Of a DNA stretch of 64,000 nt, positions 40,543-49,989 are shown one piece after another (positions within the stretch are counted from its first letter, which is position 1; each line of letters opens with the position of its first letter). The notes beneath the pieces were generated by a model. It was not told the DNA's origin, made no database searches, and was given only the letters and a program-made list of their open reading frames with translations. Source of the stretch: Deltaproteobacteria bacterium. GTDB taxonomy: Bacteria > Myxococcota > Kuafuiibacteriia > Kuafuiibacteriales > Kuafuiibacteriaceae. The position numbers and the translations under genes are program-made. The stretch is from NCBI GenBank assembly GCA_040218735.1, contig JAVJQW010000008.1, positions 447,147-511,146 on the forward strand, in the 5' to 3' direction.

Positions 40543-40635
40543 ATGGTGTCGATGCCCGCCAGTTCTGCATCTACCCATTCGACGGCTACGTGTGTCTGCG
40601 CCTGTTGTTGTACCTGTCTTTGGCCCTGCGGCTGA
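40543..40635 (+). CDS. Poly-cysteine leader peptide (candidate attenuator uORF), MVSMPASSASTHSTATCVCACCCTCLWPCG
   Basis: 30 codons, with 7 Cys in the last 14 (5 of them TGT); lies directly upstream of the sulfur assimilation operon. Confidence 0.75.
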   Translation: MVSMPASSASTHSTATCVCACCCTCLWPCG

Positions 40636-40660
40636 AGAGGGGACTTCGACTTTTCTCGCG

Positions 40661-40778
40661 CGAACGCGCTCCCACGAACCCTCCTCCTCAGACCGTTAGG
40701 GCCGATCGCCACGCGTCGGTGTCATCTCGGTTCGCTTCGTCGCGCGTCTGATCGCGCGGCGAGCACGGAGGCGTTCGT
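40661..40778 (+). promoter_or_regulatory. Putative anti-SD/SD sequestering structure
   Basis: ACGAACCCTCC (40674-40684) and CGAACGCGCTCC (40661-40672) are each complementary, with one bulge, to GGAGGCGTTCG(T) (40767-40778) just before ATG 40779. Confidence 0.55.
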
Positions 40779-41540
40779 ATGGAAATCTCCGGAGCCCTCG
40801 GGCTCCTCGTCCCCCTGATCGGTCTCGTGACCGGCCTGCTCGTCGGCGCGACCGGCGTCGGTGGTGCTGCGCTCGTCACGCCCGCCCTCGTCCTGGGTCT
40901 CGGCGTGCCGGTGCCCGTCGCCGTCGGATCGACCGCGCTGTTCGGCGCCGTCGTGAAGCTCGGGGGCGTCGGCGCGCACCGCACCGCGCTCGTCGAGGAA
41001 CGACGCTTGCTGCTCGGGTCGCTCACGGGGAGCCTCCCGGGCGTCGCACTCGGCGTCTTCGCGCTGCGTTTCCTCGGCGACCGTGGCGACGTCGGGCTCG
41101 AGCCGATCCTGGGTGTTCTGCTCGTCGTCGCGGCCGCCGCGACGCTCGCCTCCACGTTTCGGCCTCCCGCGAGCCCGCTGTTCTTCGTCCCGCCTTCGGC
41201 CCTGCCGTTCGCCGCGGTGCCGCTCGGCTTCGCCGTCGGGCTCACCGGCATCGGGGCCGGTTCACTGTTCCTGCCGCTCCTGCTCGCCGTCGCGCGTGGG
41301 CGCCCGTTCGCGGGCGTCGTCGCGGCGGATCTCGCGCAGGGCCTCGTCCTCGCGACGGTGGCCGGAGCACTTCACCTCACCGTCGGACGCGTCGACCTCA
41401 CGCTGGTCGTCGCGCTCCTCCTCGGCGGGCTCCCGGGTGTTTGGCTCGGGGCGCGCCTTCACCGCGTCGTCGCTGCGGAGAAACTCGCGGGGCTCGCCGC
41501 GAGCTTCGTCGGTGTCGCCGGGCTGCGACTCATCTTCTGA
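40779..41540 (+). CDS. Sulfite exporter TauE/SafE (TSUP) family permease
   Basis: GATGVGGAALVTP and GLTGIGAGS duplicated motifs; about 8 TM helices. Confidence 0.88.
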   Translation: MEISGALGLLVPLIGLVTGLLVGATGVGGAALVTPALVLGLGVPVPVAVGSTALFGAVVKLGGVGAHRTALVEERRLLLGSLTGSLPGVALGVFALRFLGDRGDVGLEPILGVLLVVAAAATLASTFRPPASPLFFVPPSALPFAAVPLGFAVGLTGIGAGSLFLPLLLAVARGRPFAGVVAADLAQGLVLATVAGALHLTVGRVDLTLVVALLLGGLPGVWLGARLHRVVAAEKLAGLAASFVGVAGLRLIF

Positions 41541-41554
41541 AAGGAATCCAAGTC

Positions 41555-42112
41555 ATGTCGTTCATTCTCTGGTTCACGGGTCTCTCCGGTGCGGGCAAGA
41601 GCACGCTCGCCCAGTCGGTCTCCAAGGCGTTGCGCCAACGGGGCGTCGGGCGCCTCGAAGTGCTCGACGGAGACGAGGTCCGCACGCACATCAGCGCGGG
41701 GCTCGGCTTCTCGCGTGAGGATCGCCGCACGAACATCCTCCGAATCGGGTACGTCGCGCGGCTGCTGTCGCGGAACGGAACCGTCGCGATCACGGCCGCG
41801 ATCTCTCCGTACACCGCAGACCGGGAGGAGGTCCGCGCGGCGTCGAGCGCACCCTTCGTGGAAGTCTACGCGGCCGCCTCGCTCGAGGCCGTCGCCGCGC
41901 GCGACGTCAAGGGCCTGTACAAGAAGGCCTTCGCCGGCGAGATCCAAAACTTCACCGGCGTCAGCGATCCGTACGAGGCCCCCTCGCGCGCGGACATCGT
42001 CGTCGACACGGGGACGGAGACCGTCGAGGAGAGCACGCGGAAGATCCTCGCCGGCCTCGAGTCGCTCGGGCTGATCGAGAAGCCGAAACAACAGAGCGAG
42101 GCCCGGCCATGA
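41555..42112 (+). CDS. cysC: Adenylyl-sulfate kinase
   Basis: WFTGLSGAGKST, LDGDEVR, RDVKGLY, FTGVSDPYE. Confidence 0.96.
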   Translation: MSFILWFTGLSGAGKSTLAQSVSKALRQRGVGRLEVLDGDEVRTHISAGLGFSREDRRTNILRIGYVARLLSRNGTVAITAAISPYTADREEVRAASSAPFVEVYAAASLEAVAARDVKGLYKKAFAGEIQNFTGVSDPYEAPSRADIVVDTGTETVEESTRKILAGLESLGLIEKPKQQSEARP

Positions 42113-43476
42113 ACAGCTATCCCGTTCAGCTGGTCCACCTCGCCGGCCGCCGCGTCCTGATCGCCGGCGGAGGCGGTGTCGCTGCGCAGAAGGTCGTCGC
42201 GTTGCTCGACGCGGGGGCGCGTGTCCACGTCGTCGCGCCCGATGTGTCGGGCGTGGAGGCCTTCCTCCCGCGAATCCATCGGGTGTCACGTCGCCCGGTC
42301 CGTGACGAAGACGTCGACGGCGCTGCGCTCGTGATCGCTGCGACCAACGACGTCGACGTGAACCGACGGCTCGCCGCCGCCGCACGCGCGCGCGGAGTGC
42401 TCGTCAACGCGGTCGACGATCCACCGGGCTGCGACTTCTACCTCCCGGCGATCGTCCGCCGCGGTCCCGTGACGATCACGGTGGGCACCAACGGGGGCTC
42501 GCCCCTGTTCGCTGCGCGGCTGAGGCGCGTGCTCGAGGCGGCGCTCCCGACCTCGGTCGGGGAGCTCGGCCACTTCCTCAAAGCCGCGCGTCGGCGCGGT
42601 CTGAGGGGCCTCGCACGGAGGGGCACGCTGTTGAAGGCGCTCGCGGATCCGCACGTCGCGCGGCTTGTCGACCGCTCCGAGCAGGAGGCCGCGCTCGACC
42701 GGCTCGAGGAAGTCGTCTCGCGTGAGGAGGAGCGCTTCGACCCGGGCACCGTCGCGATCGTCGGCGCCGGACCGGCGGGCCGTGCGCTTCTGACGTTGCG
42801 CGCGCTCGACCGGCTCCAACGCGCCGACGTCGTCCTGCACGACGCGCTCGTGACACAGGAGGTGCTCGACGAGATCCCGCCGAACGTTCGTCGCGTGAAC
42901 GTCGGGCGTCGTGCGGGCGCCCGCGAGCCATTCCCGCACGCGTTGACGGAGCGAATGATGATCACGGAGGCGCGCGCGGGACGCCGTGTAGTGCGTCTTC
43001 ACGCGGGGGACGCGTTTGTCTTCGGTCGCGGCGGCGAGGAGCTCGACGCGCTCGACGCGGCGGGGGTTCCGTACGAGGCCGTCCCGGGCGTGAGCTCGGC
43101 GATCGCGGCGCCGGTCGCGGCGGGGGTACCGCTCACACATCGTGAGCTCGCGCGTGGGTTCACCGTGCGGACGGGGCACGTGACCAGCGGCCCGTCGGCC
43201 CAGCTCGACCGATCGGAGGAGACGCAGGTGGTGCTCATGGGCCTGCGCAACGTCGACGACGTGCTCGCGCAGCTCGCGAGGGACGGCATCCCCACGGACA
43301 CCCCCGCCGTGATGGTGAGTCGGGCGTTCCGCCCCGACCAACGTGTCGTTACCGGGACCGTCGCGGATCTCGCGGCGCAGATCCGCAGCGCGGCGATCGA
43401 AGGTCCAGCGACGTTGGTCGTGGGGCGCGTCGCGAAGCGCGTCGCCGCACAGGCACGAGAGGAGGTGGCGGCATGA
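42109..43476 (+). CDS. cysG: Siroheme synthase (precorrin-2 dehydrogenase/ferrochelatase plus uroporphyrinogen-III methyltransferase)
   Basis: GGGGVA, VNAVDDP..CDF, VGAGP, GDAFVFGRGGEE, VPGVSS. Confidence 0.9.
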   Translation: MNSYPVQLVHLAGRRVLIAGGGGVAAQKVVALLDAGARVHVVAPDVSGVEAFLPRIHRVSRRPVRDEDVDGAALVIAATNDVDVNRRLAAAARARGVLVNAVDDPPGCDFYLPAIVRRGPVTITVGTNGGSPLFAARLRRVLEAALPTSVGELGHFLKAARRRGLRGLARRGTLLKALADPHVARLVDRSEQEAALDRLEEVVSREEERFDPGTVAIVGAGPAGRALLTLRALDRLQRADVVLHDALVTQEVLDEIPPNVRRVNVGRRAGAREPFPHALTERMMITEARAGRRVVRLHAGDAFVFGRGGEELDALDAAGVPYEAVPGVSSAIAAPVAAGVPLTHRELARGFTVRTGHVTSGPSAQLDRSEETQVVLMGLRNVDDVLAQLARDGIPTDTPAVMVSRAFRPDQRVVTGTVADLAAQIRSAAIEGPATLVVGRVAKRVAAQAREEVAA

Positions 43477-45683
43477 CGGCCACGTGGAAACAGGTCTTGC
43501 GCATCCCGCACGACCTCGCCGAACAGATCGACCAGTTCGAGACGCAGATCGAGCTGCGTCGACGCGAGCAGATCGACGAGAAGATCTTCGCCGAGACGCG
43601 GCTGCGTCGTGGCGTCTACGGACAGCGCTACGACAACGGGCTGAGGCACGACGGTCGGACGCAGCGCCCGCTCGCCTATCGCGAGCACCCGACGAAAGGG
43701 CCGAACACCGTCTGGGACGCGCCGGGGATGCAGCGCATCAAGGTGCCCTACGGCGGGCTCGACGGTGCGCAGCTCGAGCGCCTCGCGGAGGTCGCCGAGG
43801 AGTACGCGGACGGGATCCTGCACGTGACCACGCGCCAGGATCTGCAGCTCCACTACGTGCACATCGAGGACACGCCCGACATCATGCGGCGCCTCGCGGA
43901 GGTCGGCATCACGACGCAGGAGGCGTGTGGCAACGTCGTCCGCAACGTCACCGGCTGTCACCTCGCCGGCGTGTGCAAGACGGAGTCGTTCGACATCACG
44001 CCGTACGCCCGCGCGCTGTCGCAGTTCCTCCTCGGGCACCCGGACGCGCAGGACTTCGGGAGGAAGTTCAAGATCTCGTTCTCGGGGTGCATCGATGAGG
44101 CGTGTGGGGTGGCGAGTGTCCACGACCTCGGCTTCATCGCGAAGACGCGAGAGGTCGACGGCCGCAGCGAGCGTGGCTTCGAGACGTGGGCGGGCGGCGG
44201 CCTCGGTGCCGTGCCCCACCGGGCGAAGCTCCTCTTCGACTTCCTCCCGGAGGCCGAGCTCCTCCCGATGACGCAGGCGGTGTGCCGCGTGTTCGCGCGG
44301 CTCGGCGAGAAGAAGAACCGCGGCAAGGCGCGGCTCAAGTTCCTGGTCGAGAAGATCGGGATCGACGCGCTGAGGAAGCTCGCCCTGGAGGAGCGCGAGA
44401 TCCTCCCCCCGGATGAGCGGTGGTCGGCGCATCTGCCGGTCGAAGGCGCGGCGCCGCCCGCGCTCGTGCATATCGGCGGCGGTGCGGGGACGCCGTGGCG
44501 GGAGCGAAACGTCGATACCCAGCGACAGGCGGGGCTGCACGTGGTCACCATCCCGCTGCCCCTCGGCGACCTGTCGAGTGATCAGGCGCGAGCACTCGCG
44601 CGGATCGCGCGCCGGTTCGCCCGCGACGAGGTTCGCACGTCGATCGAGCAGAACGTCGTGCTCCGAAACGTGGCGACGAAGGATCTCGACGCCGTCGAGT
44701 CCGAGCTTCGATCGGCCGGGCTCGCGGCGCCGTACGCGGGCACGATCGTCGACGTCACCGCGTGCCCCGGGACCGACACGTGCAAGCTGGGCATCGCGAG
44801 CTCTCGCGGGCTCGCCGGTGCGTTGTCAGCGCACCTCGCAGAGCACGCCCTCGTGCGTGAGGAGGCGGTCCGCGATCTCTCGATCAAGGTGAGCGGTTGC
44901 TTCAACTCGTGCGGCCAGCACCACGTCGCGGACCTCGGCTTCTACGGCGTGAGTCGGAAGAAGAACGGCTATACGGTTCCGCACTTCCAGGTGGTGGTCG
45001 GTGGGCAGTGGCGCGAGAACGCGGGGGCGTTCGGGCTCGCCATCGCGGCGGTGCCCTCCAAGCGCATTCCGGAGGTCGTCGACCGACTCACGGCGCGTTA
45101 CCTGGAGGAGCGCGGCGACGGCGAACGGTTTCGGGACTGGGTGCAGCGGCTCGGCAAGCCGGCGTTGCGCTCGCTCCTCGCGGACCTCGTCGAGGTCGCT
45201 CCGTACGAAGTGGAGCCGGCTCTCTACACGGACTGGGGTGACGCGCGGTTGTTCAGCATGAAGGACCACGGCGTGGGCGAGTGCGCGGGCGAGGTCGTGA
45301 GCGTCGCCGAGCTCGGGCTTCAGGCAAGCGAGCGCGAGGTTTTCGAGGCGCAGCTGGAGCTCGACGCCGATCGTTACGGTGCAGCGCGGGACAAGGCGTT
45401 CCGCGCCATGGTCACTGCGGCCCGGACGCTCGTCCGCACGGAGTGGCTCGACGTACCGGACGAACCGGACGAGGTGGTGCACGCGTTCCGTGAGCGCTTC
45501 TACGATACGAAGCGCTGCTTCGATCCGTTCGCCGGCGGGAAGCTCGCGAGTTACCTCTTCGAGGCGCACGCGTCCCCCCCGAGCGCGAGCGCCGACGGCG
45601 CACGTCGCGCCGTGCAGGAGGCGCAGCTCTTCATCGAGGCCGCGTACGCGACCTACGACCGAATCGAGAAGGAGGCGTCATGA
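43473..45683 (+). CDS. Siroheme nitrite/sulfite reductase (ferredoxin-type) with C-terminal extension
   Basis: RLRRGVYGQ, HVTTRQDLQ, RKFKISFSGC, CPGTDTC and SGCFNSCG Fe-S/siroheme ligands. Confidence 0.92.
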   Translation: MTATWKQVLRIPHDLAEQIDQFETQIELRRREQIDEKIFAETRLRRGVYGQRYDNGLRHDGRTQRPLAYREHPTKGPNTVWDAPGMQRIKVPYGGLDGAQLERLAEVAEEYADGILHVTTRQDLQLHYVHIEDTPDIMRRLAEVGITTQEACGNVVRNVTGCHLAGVCKTESFDITPYARALSQFLLGHPDAQDFGRKFKISFSGCIDEACGVASVHDLGFIAKTREVDGRSERGFETWAGGGLGAVPHRAKLLFDFLPEAELLPMTQAVCRVFARLGEKKNRGKARLKFLVEKIGIDALRKLALEEREILPPDERWSAHLPVEGAAPPALVHIGGGAGTPWRERNVDTQRQAGLHVVTIPLPLGDLSSDQARALARIARRFARDEVRTSIEQNVVLRNVATKDLDAVESELRSAGLAAPYAGTIVDVTACPGTDTCKLGIASSRGLAGALSAHLAEHALVREEAVRDLSIKVSGCFNSCGQHHVADLGFYGVSRKKNGYTVPHFQVVVGGQWRENAGAFGLAIAAVPSKRIPEVVDRLTARYLEERGDGERFRDWVQRLGKPALRSLLADLVEVAPYEVEPALYTDWGDARLFSMKDHGVGECAGEVVSVAELGLQASEREVFEAQLELDADRYGAARDKAFRAMVTAARTLVRTEWLDVPDEPDEVVHAFRERFYDTKRCFDPFAGGKLASYLFEAHASPPSASADGARRAVQEAQLFIEAAYATYDRIEKEAS

Positions 45684-46264
45684 TCCCCTCGAACGAAGCC
45701 ATCGCGCTCACCCCTCGTGCGGTCCCCGGACCGTTCGAGTCTCCCCGAATCGCCGTGCGGTTTCCGCTCGTCGACCCGTCGGTGGTCGACCTCGGTGCGC
45801 TGGTCGCCGTGCTCGGCGATCGCGTCGCGAACGCGGATGGTGACGAGGCGCTGGTCGACGTCGTCAGCTATGCGCACGTCCCGCGGGGACCCGGATTGCT
45901 GTTGGTCGGAGCCGACGTTCACTACGCGGTGACCGATGGACCCGCTGCGAGCGTCGCGCGAATCCAGCGGCGGCCGTGGGCGTTGTCGCCGCGACAACGA
46001 CTGTTGGAGGCGGTCGATCGTACGCGGGCGCTCGCGGAGCACATCAGCGCGGATCCGCGGAGCCCCGCCGGGTTCGCGCTGCGCACGGACGAGCTCGAGA
46101 TCGGGATCCACGACCGCCTTCACGCGCCGCCGAACCCCGAGACGTTCGCGCGCGCCGCGCCGTTCGTCGAGGCGGTCCTGTCCGAGCGCTACGCGTCGGT
46201 CGTCGTGACGCCGGCCGGTGTAGACGGCGGGCCGTTCACGGTGCGCGTCGTCATTCGAGCGTGA
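45680..46264 (+). CDS. Hypothetical protein coupled to the sulfite reductase
   Basis: ATGA overlap with a GGAGG SD; motif LVDVVSYAHVPRGPGLLLVG. Confidence 0.7.
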   Translation: MIPSNEAIALTPRAVPGPFESPRIAVRFPLVDPSVVDLGALVAVLGDRVANADGDEALVDVVSYAHVPRGPGLLLVGADVHYAVTDGPAASVARIQRRPWALSPRQRLLEAVDRTRALAEHISADPRSPAGFALRTDELEIGIHDRLHAPPNPETFARAAPFVEAVLSERYASVVVTPAGVDGGPFTVRVVIRA

Positions 46265-46943
46265 CGTTGAGCGTGTACTCGAAGCGCACGTCCTCGAAGT
46301 CCGACTCCACGGCGAACTGCCACGACAGGAGGCTGTTGCCCGGGTCGACGCGTCGGCGGATGACGAGGTCTTCGCCGTCGCGGGTGCACGTCAACCCGTC
46401 TTGCGGATCGTTGCAGTCGAGGCGGCCGCCGCCGGAGAACCAGGCGAGGTGGTAGCGGTCGTCCGGGCAGGTGTCGTGCACCGTGAGGCGTAGCGTCGCG
46501 ATCATCGTGCGCGTGTCGCAGGGGACGATCGTGAGGCGGTAGAAGTCCGCGGGCTCGACGTGGCAGAGCACCGAGCGGGCGCTGGCGTCGAGGGGCTCGA
46601 AGTCGTCGCCGGTCTGGCAGCCGGCCGAGCTGCTGTGGATCGCGGAGGCGGTGTGCCACTCGTTGTTGGCGCCGCCGGCTTCGTCCGGGTCCGGGCAGGC
46701 GTCGAAGGGGTCGACGAAGCAGGTGTCGGCGCCGCCGTCGCGTCCGGGGCCACCGTCGCGTCCGGAGCCGGCGTCGCGGATGCCGGCGTCATCGCCGTCG
46801 ATTTGTGCGCCGACGTCGCGTACGCCGCTGTCCGCGAAACCCGCGTCCGCTTGGGTGGTCTCGCCCCCGTCGCGGCCCTCGACCACGATCGTCTGCGGGC
46901 ACCCCGCGAGGAGGAGGGCGCCGAGGATCCAGACGGGCCTCAC
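46251..46943 (-). CDS. Cys-containing lipoprotein with DAG/DGG linker
   Basis: GTG at 46943 is coupled to the upstream stop; lipobox LLLAGC; RDAG/RDGG repeats. Confidence 0.72.
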   Translation of the reverse strand: MRPVWILGALLLAGCPQTIVVEGRDGGETTQADAGFADSGVRDVGAQIDGDDAGIRDAGSGRDGGPGRDGGADTCFVDPFDACPDPDEAGGANNEWHTASAIHSSSAGCQTGDDFEPLDASARSVLCHVEPADFYRLTIVPCDTRTMIATLRLTVHDTCPDDRYHLAWFSGGGRLDCNDPQDGLTCTRDGEDLVIRRRVDPGNSLLSWQFAVESDFEDVRFEYTLNVTLE

Positions 46944-48358
46944 GCTGCGCGCCCCGCACGGTCGGTGAGGCTGCCGACGATCACCGCGATGGTCGCGAGG
47001 ACGAACGCACCGGCGCGGACGTTCAGCGTGTCGTTCAGGACGTCGAGGTTCGACCAGATCACGGTCGTCGTGGCTCCGGTGATCATGCCCCATAATACGC
47101 CCCGAGCGGTCGTACCCTTCCAGTACAAACACGCGAGGAGCGCCGGGCCGAACGAGGAGCCCAGGCCGCTCCAGGCGTAGCTGACCAGCGCGAAGATCAG
47201 CTTGTCCGACACCACCGCGAGCACGAAGCCCGCGAGGCCGAGCCCGATCGTCACCACGCGGGAGATCCACACCAGGCGCTTCTGCGTGAGCTCCTTGTTC
47301 AGCCCGCGCCGGTAGAAGTCCTCCGCTACCGCCGAGGTGCCGACGAGGAGCTGCGAGTCCGCGGTCGACATCATCGCGGCGACCGCGCCCGAGATGAAGA
47401 TGCCCGCGAGCCAGCCGGGGAGGAGGTCGGTCGCCATGCGCGGCATGAGCTGCTCGGGGTCGTCGAACTTCACGCCCGCGTACATCGTCGCGCCCGCGAT
47501 GCCGATCGCCATCGCGCCGATGAAGGCCGGGACCGCCCAGCTGATCGCGATGACGCGGCCGATCTTCACGGACTTCGGATCCGCTAACGACATGTAGCGC
47601 GTCACGGTGTGCGGCTGACCGAAGTACCCGAAGCCCCACGACAGCCCGCCGACCACGGCCGCGAACGCCGCGATGCCGGTCTTGTCGCCGAACCACGACG
47701 CTTTGTCGGCCGCGAGCGCCATCGTCCCGCCGCCCGCAGTGATCTCGGAGTAGGCGACGATCGGGAGGATCACCAGCGTCGCGAACATGAGGATCGCCTG
47801 CAGGAAGTCGGTCCACGCGACGGCGAAGAAGCCGCCCATCATCGTGTAGAGGATGATGACGACCGCGCCGAGCACGATGCCCCACGGCTGCGGGATCCCG
47901 AACGTCACGTCGAGGACCTTGCCGGCGCCGTTGAACTGCGCGGCGACGTAGAACGAATAGAAGAAGACGATGATCGCCGTCGCGACGAAGCGGATCGCGT
48001 TGGAGCTGCGATCCCCGAAGCGCTTCATGAAGTACTCGGGGAGGGTCAGCGCGTCGTACTTCTCGGTGTCCCGGCGGAGCCGCTCCGCGACGAAGATCCA
48101 GGACAGCGCGATGCCGGTGACACACCCGACCACCGTCCACGCTTCGCCCATCCCGACCGCGAGCGCGGCGGCGGGGAGCCCGAGCAGCAACCACGCCGAC
48201 TCGCCGCTCGCGCGCTCGGAGAACGTGGCGACCCAGATGTTCAGCTTGCGGCCCGCGAGGAGGAAGTCCTCCTGCGTCTCGTTGAGCTTGTAGGTCAGGG
48301 CGCCCGCGACGAGCACCACCACCAGGTACACGACGAAACCGATGAAGACGGCATCCAT
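46940..48358 (-). CDS. putP: Sodium/proline symporter (SSS family)
   Basis: DFLLAGR, ASGESAWLLLGLP, GYFGQPH, AAMMSTADSQLL. Confidence 0.85.
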   Translation of the reverse strand: MDAVFIGFVVYLVVVLVAGALTYKLNETQEDFLLAGRKLNIWVATFSERASGESAWLLLGLPAAALAVGMGEAWTVVGCVTGIALSWIFVAERLRRDTEKYDALTLPEYFMKRFGDRSSNAIRFVATAIIVFFYSFYVAAQFNGAGKVLDVTFGIPQPWGIVLGAVVIILYTMMGGFFAVAWTDFLQAILMFATLVILPIVAYSEITAGGGTMALAADKASWFGDKTGIAAFAAVVGGLSWGFGYFGQPHTVTRYMSLADPKSVKIGRVIAISWAVPAFIGAMAIGIAGATMYAGVKFDDPEQLMPRMATDLLPGWLAGIFISGAVAAMMSTADSQLLVGTSAVAEDFYRRGLNKELTQKRLVWISRVVTIGLGLAGFVLAVVSDKLIFALVSYAWSGLGSSFGPALLACLYWKGTTARGVLWGMITGATTTVIWSNLDVLNDTLNVRAGAFVLATIAVIVGSLTDRAGRAA

Positions 48359-48563
48359 GCGGGCCGCGTTCTACCACACGCGACCGTGGGCGCGTGCGCC
48401 GTGGGCTCCGGTTCCCCGGCGCACGCGCCCGCCGTCGAGAGAGCGCGAACCAAGCGCTCCTCGTTTGGGGGGGCCTTACGCGGGCGCCGTGCGGCCGGAC
48501 CGTCGAAATCATCGAAAAAACAAATCGTGTCAGATCCGCGATCGACGCCCTGAAGCAGTTCAC

Positions 48564-49139
48564 GTGAGCCACGTGGACGTCTGTCGTCTGTACCGCGACC
48601 ACGCCGCCTTCGTGCGTCGCACCCTCGCTCGGTTCGGCGTGCCCGAAGCGGACCGCGACGACCAGCTCCACGAGGTCTTCGTCGTCGTCCAGCGGCGCCT
48701 CGAGGACTTCGCCTTTCGCGGCTCGGCGCGCTCTTGGCTGTACGGGATCGCGCGCCGGGTGGCGTCGACGTACCGGCGTCGCGAGCGGCGGTGTCGAGAG
48801 CACGCCTGCGACGACCCGTACTTCGACCTCTGCGCGCCGTCGAACCCGGAGTGGGACGCGGAGCGCGCGCTCGCGAGGTCGCACTTTGCTCGGATCATCT
48901 ACGGCATGAGCCCATCCCAGCGCGAGGCGTTTGTGTTGCACGACGTCGTGGGGATGACCGGACGGGCGATCGCGTCGGCGGAGGGGTGTCCGATGCCGAC
49001 CGTGTTCAGTCGCCTCGCACGCGCACGTGCGCACTACGACGCGGAGGTACGCAGGCTACGGCTCGCCGACCGCGGGGCGTTCGCGCGGCGCATGGGCTCG
49101 GTGTTGTCCGAGTGCCGGGGTGGGGTCCTCGTGTGGTAG
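48564..49139 (+). CDS. ECF RNA polymerase sigma factor
   Basis: DDQLHEVF, SWLYGIARR (region 2); QREAFVLH...PTVFSRLARAR (region 4). Start inferred. Confidence 0.85.
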   Translation: MSHVDVCRLYRDHAAFVRRTLARFGVPEADRDDQLHEVFVVVQRRLEDFAFRGSARSWLYGIARRVASTYRRRERRCREHACDDPYFDLCAPSNPEWDAERALARSHFARIIYGMSPSQREAFVLHDVVGMTGRAIASAEGCPMPTVFSRLARARAHYDAEVRRLRLADRGAFARRMGSVLSECRGGVLVW

Positions 49140-49148
49140 TGAGGGGGC

Positions 49149-49976
49149 GTGTGGAAAGGCACCGATGACTACATCGCGTCCGATGCCCTCGGGCGCATCG
49201 TGAACGCCGCCATCCTGTTGAAGCGGCCGCTCCTGATCAAGGGCGAGCCGGGCACCGGCAAGACGCTGCTCGCGAGCTCGATCGCGCGCGGCCTCGAGAT
49301 GCCGCTGATCAGCTGGAACGTGAAGTCGACGACGAAGGCGAAGGACGGCCTGTACGTCTACGACGCGGTCCAGCGGCTGTACGACAGCCGCTTCCAGGAC
49401 AAGGACGTCTCGGACATCAGCCAGTACATCCACCTCGGTCCGCTCGGGAAGAGCTTCATCGCCGAGCAGCGGCCGGTGTTGTTGATCGACGAGATCGACA
49501 AGGCGGACGTCGAGTTCCCGAACGACCTGCTGCACGAGCTCGACCAGATGTCGTTCCTGATCAACGAGACGGGCGAGACGATCAGCGCGAAGGAGCGGCC
49601 GGTCGTCATCATCACGTCGAACAGCGAGAAGGAGCTCCCCGACGCGTTCCTGCGGCGCTGCGTCTTCCACTACATCGAGTTCCCGGACCGCGAGCTGATG
49701 GCGAACATCGTCTCGGTGCACTACCCGGACCTCTCGAAGGACGTGCTGTCCGGCGCGCTCGACGCGTTTTATCGGCTGCGCGGCGTCGAGGGCGTGCGCA
49801 AGCGTCCGTCGACGAGTGAGCTGGTGGACTGGATCGCGGCGCTGCTCGCGAACGGGATCGACCCGACGGCGATCGACGAAGAGATCCCGTTCCTCGGCGT
49901 TCTACTGAAACGAGAGCAGGACATCGGCACCGCGATCCGCCGCCTCGCGGCGAGCGGGACGGTGCGCAACCGCTGA
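49149..49976 (+). CDS. MoxR-family AAA+ ATPase
   Basis: GEPGTGKT, LIDEIDKAD, TSNSEKELPDAFLRRC. Confidence 0.93.
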   Translation: MWKGTDDYIASDALGRIVNAAILLKRPLLIKGEPGTGKTLLASSIARGLEMPLISWNVKSTTKAKDGLYVYDAVQRLYDSRFQDKDVSDISQYIHLGPLGKSFIAEQRPVLLIDEIDKADVEFPNDLLHELDQMSFLINETGETISAKERPVVIITSNSEKELPDAFLRRCVFHYIEFPDRELMANIVSVHYPDLSKDVLSGALDAFYRLRGVEGVRKRPSTSELVDWIAALLANGIDPTAIDEEIPFLGVLLKREQDIGTAIRRLAASGTVRNR

Positions 49977-49989
49977 CGCGCGCCTGCTC

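Noticed and set aside
40543-40635. Cys-rich peptide as a RiPP precursor or metallothionein
   Set aside because: No YcaO, radical SAM or lanthipeptide enzymes nearby. The position ahead of cys genes and the TGT codon bias favour a regulatory leader, although this is not formally excluded.
46944-49034. 927-aa minus-strand fusion ORF
   Set aside because: Overlaps putP out of frame and the ECF gene in antisense; only 46251-46943 is protein-like.
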